Assembly: GCA_032718475.1 (NCBI GenBank) | Contig: JAUCBJ010009151.1 | Span: 62,001-126,000, forward strand | DNA length: 64,000 bases | Direction: 5' to 3' | Origin: Nemertoderma westbladi | Lineage: Eukaryota > Animalia > Xenacoelomorpha | Part shown: one piece after another, positions 63,101 through 64,000 of the stretch | Layout: each line of letters opens with the position of its first letter | Numbering within the stretch: position 1 is the first letter of the stretch | Translations under genes and position numbers: made by a program | The notes under the pieces: generated by a model | What the model saw: the letters and a program-made list of their open reading frames with translations, nothing else | Database searches by the model: none | What the model was told of the DNA's origin: nothing

Positions 63101-64000
63101 CCGGTAATCGCTGCACTCGTGTTGCCACTGTTACACCAACTGGTAATCGCTGCACTCGTGTAGCCACTGTTATACCGACCAGTAATCGCTGCACTCGTGT
63201 AGCCACTGTTATACCAACCAGTAATCGCTGCACTTGTTTAGCCACTGTTATACCGACCAGTAATCGCTGCACTCGTGTAGCCACTGTTATACCAACAAGT
63301 AATCGCTGCACTCATGTTGCCACTGTTATACCGACCAGTAATCGCTGCACTCATGTAGCTACTGTTATACCAACCGGTAATCGATGCACTCATGCAGCCA
63401 CTGTTATACCGACCAGTAATCACTGCACTCGTTTAGCCACTTTTATACCAACTGGTAATTGCTACACTCGTGTAGCCACTTTTACACCGACCAGTAATTG
63501 CTGCACTCGTGTAGCCACTGTCATACCAACTGGTAATCGGTGCATTCGTTTAGCCACTGTTNNNNNNNNNNNNNNNNNNNNNNNNNNNNNNNNNNNNNNN
63601 NNNNNNNNNNNNNNNNNNNNNNNNNNNNNNNNNNNNNNNNNNNNNNNNNNNNNNNNNNNNNACTGTTACACCAACTGGTAATCACTGCACTCGTGTAGCC
63701 ACTGTTACACCAACTTGTAATCGCTGCACTCATGTAGCCACTGTTATACCGACCAGTAATCGCTGCACTCGTGTAGCCACTGTTATACCAACCGGTAATC
63801 GCTGCAATCGTGTAGCCACTGTTATACCTACCAGTAATCGCTGCACTCGTGTAGCCACTGTTATACCAACCGGTAATCGCTGCACTTGTGTAGCCACTTT
63901 TATACCGACCGGTAATTGCTACACTCGTTTAGCCACTGTTATACCAACCAGTAATCACTGCACTTGTGTACCCACTGTTATACCGACCAGTAATCGCTGC
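60198..64000. repeat. 39-bp satellite, block 5 (spans an assembly gap)
   Basis: Continuous array to the window end. Confidence 0.97.
63562..63661. other. Assembly gap (100 N)
   Basis: Run of exactly 100 N, a typical scaffold placeholder; true array length unknown. Confidence 0.99.

Overview
Eukaryotic (probably invertebrate animal) heterochromatin-like window with no host genes. The backbone is a 39-bp satellite (consensus ACTCGTGTAGCCACTGTTATACCRACYRGTAATCGCTGC) carrying higher-order structure and strong CpG-decay variation. Five retroelements sit in it: the 3' end of a Ty3/Gypsy element (1-~1028), a 5'-truncated CRE-like RT+RLE element (1484-5309, minus), a 21.9-kb BEL/Pao element with 2.2-kb LTRs (10211-32121, plus) whose gag is split by a nested CR1/L2-group LINE (14056-18138), an 11.4-kb pol-deleted BEL/Pao-like element (39918-51291, minus), and an RTE-clade LINE (57096-60197, minus). 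The main signal is that the two highly diverged BEL/Pao elements share two unusual traits. (1) Neither has a tRNA primer-binding site; instead the 10 nt directly after the 5' LTR are the exact reverse complement of a 10-mer inside their own LTR, and pairing stops exactly at the LTR edge (Tf1-like self-priming geometry). (2) Both carry, in the env position, a homologous extra ORF with a WRN/EXD-like DEDDy 3'-5' exonuclease domain, three CCHC knuckles and a conserved C-terminal motif. BEL-1 also has eight dispersed copies of a 20-nt palindromic motif, and its LTR contains a tRNA-like Pol III module and a heat-shock-element/TATA promoter. All calls are by-eye motif recognition; no database searches were run.
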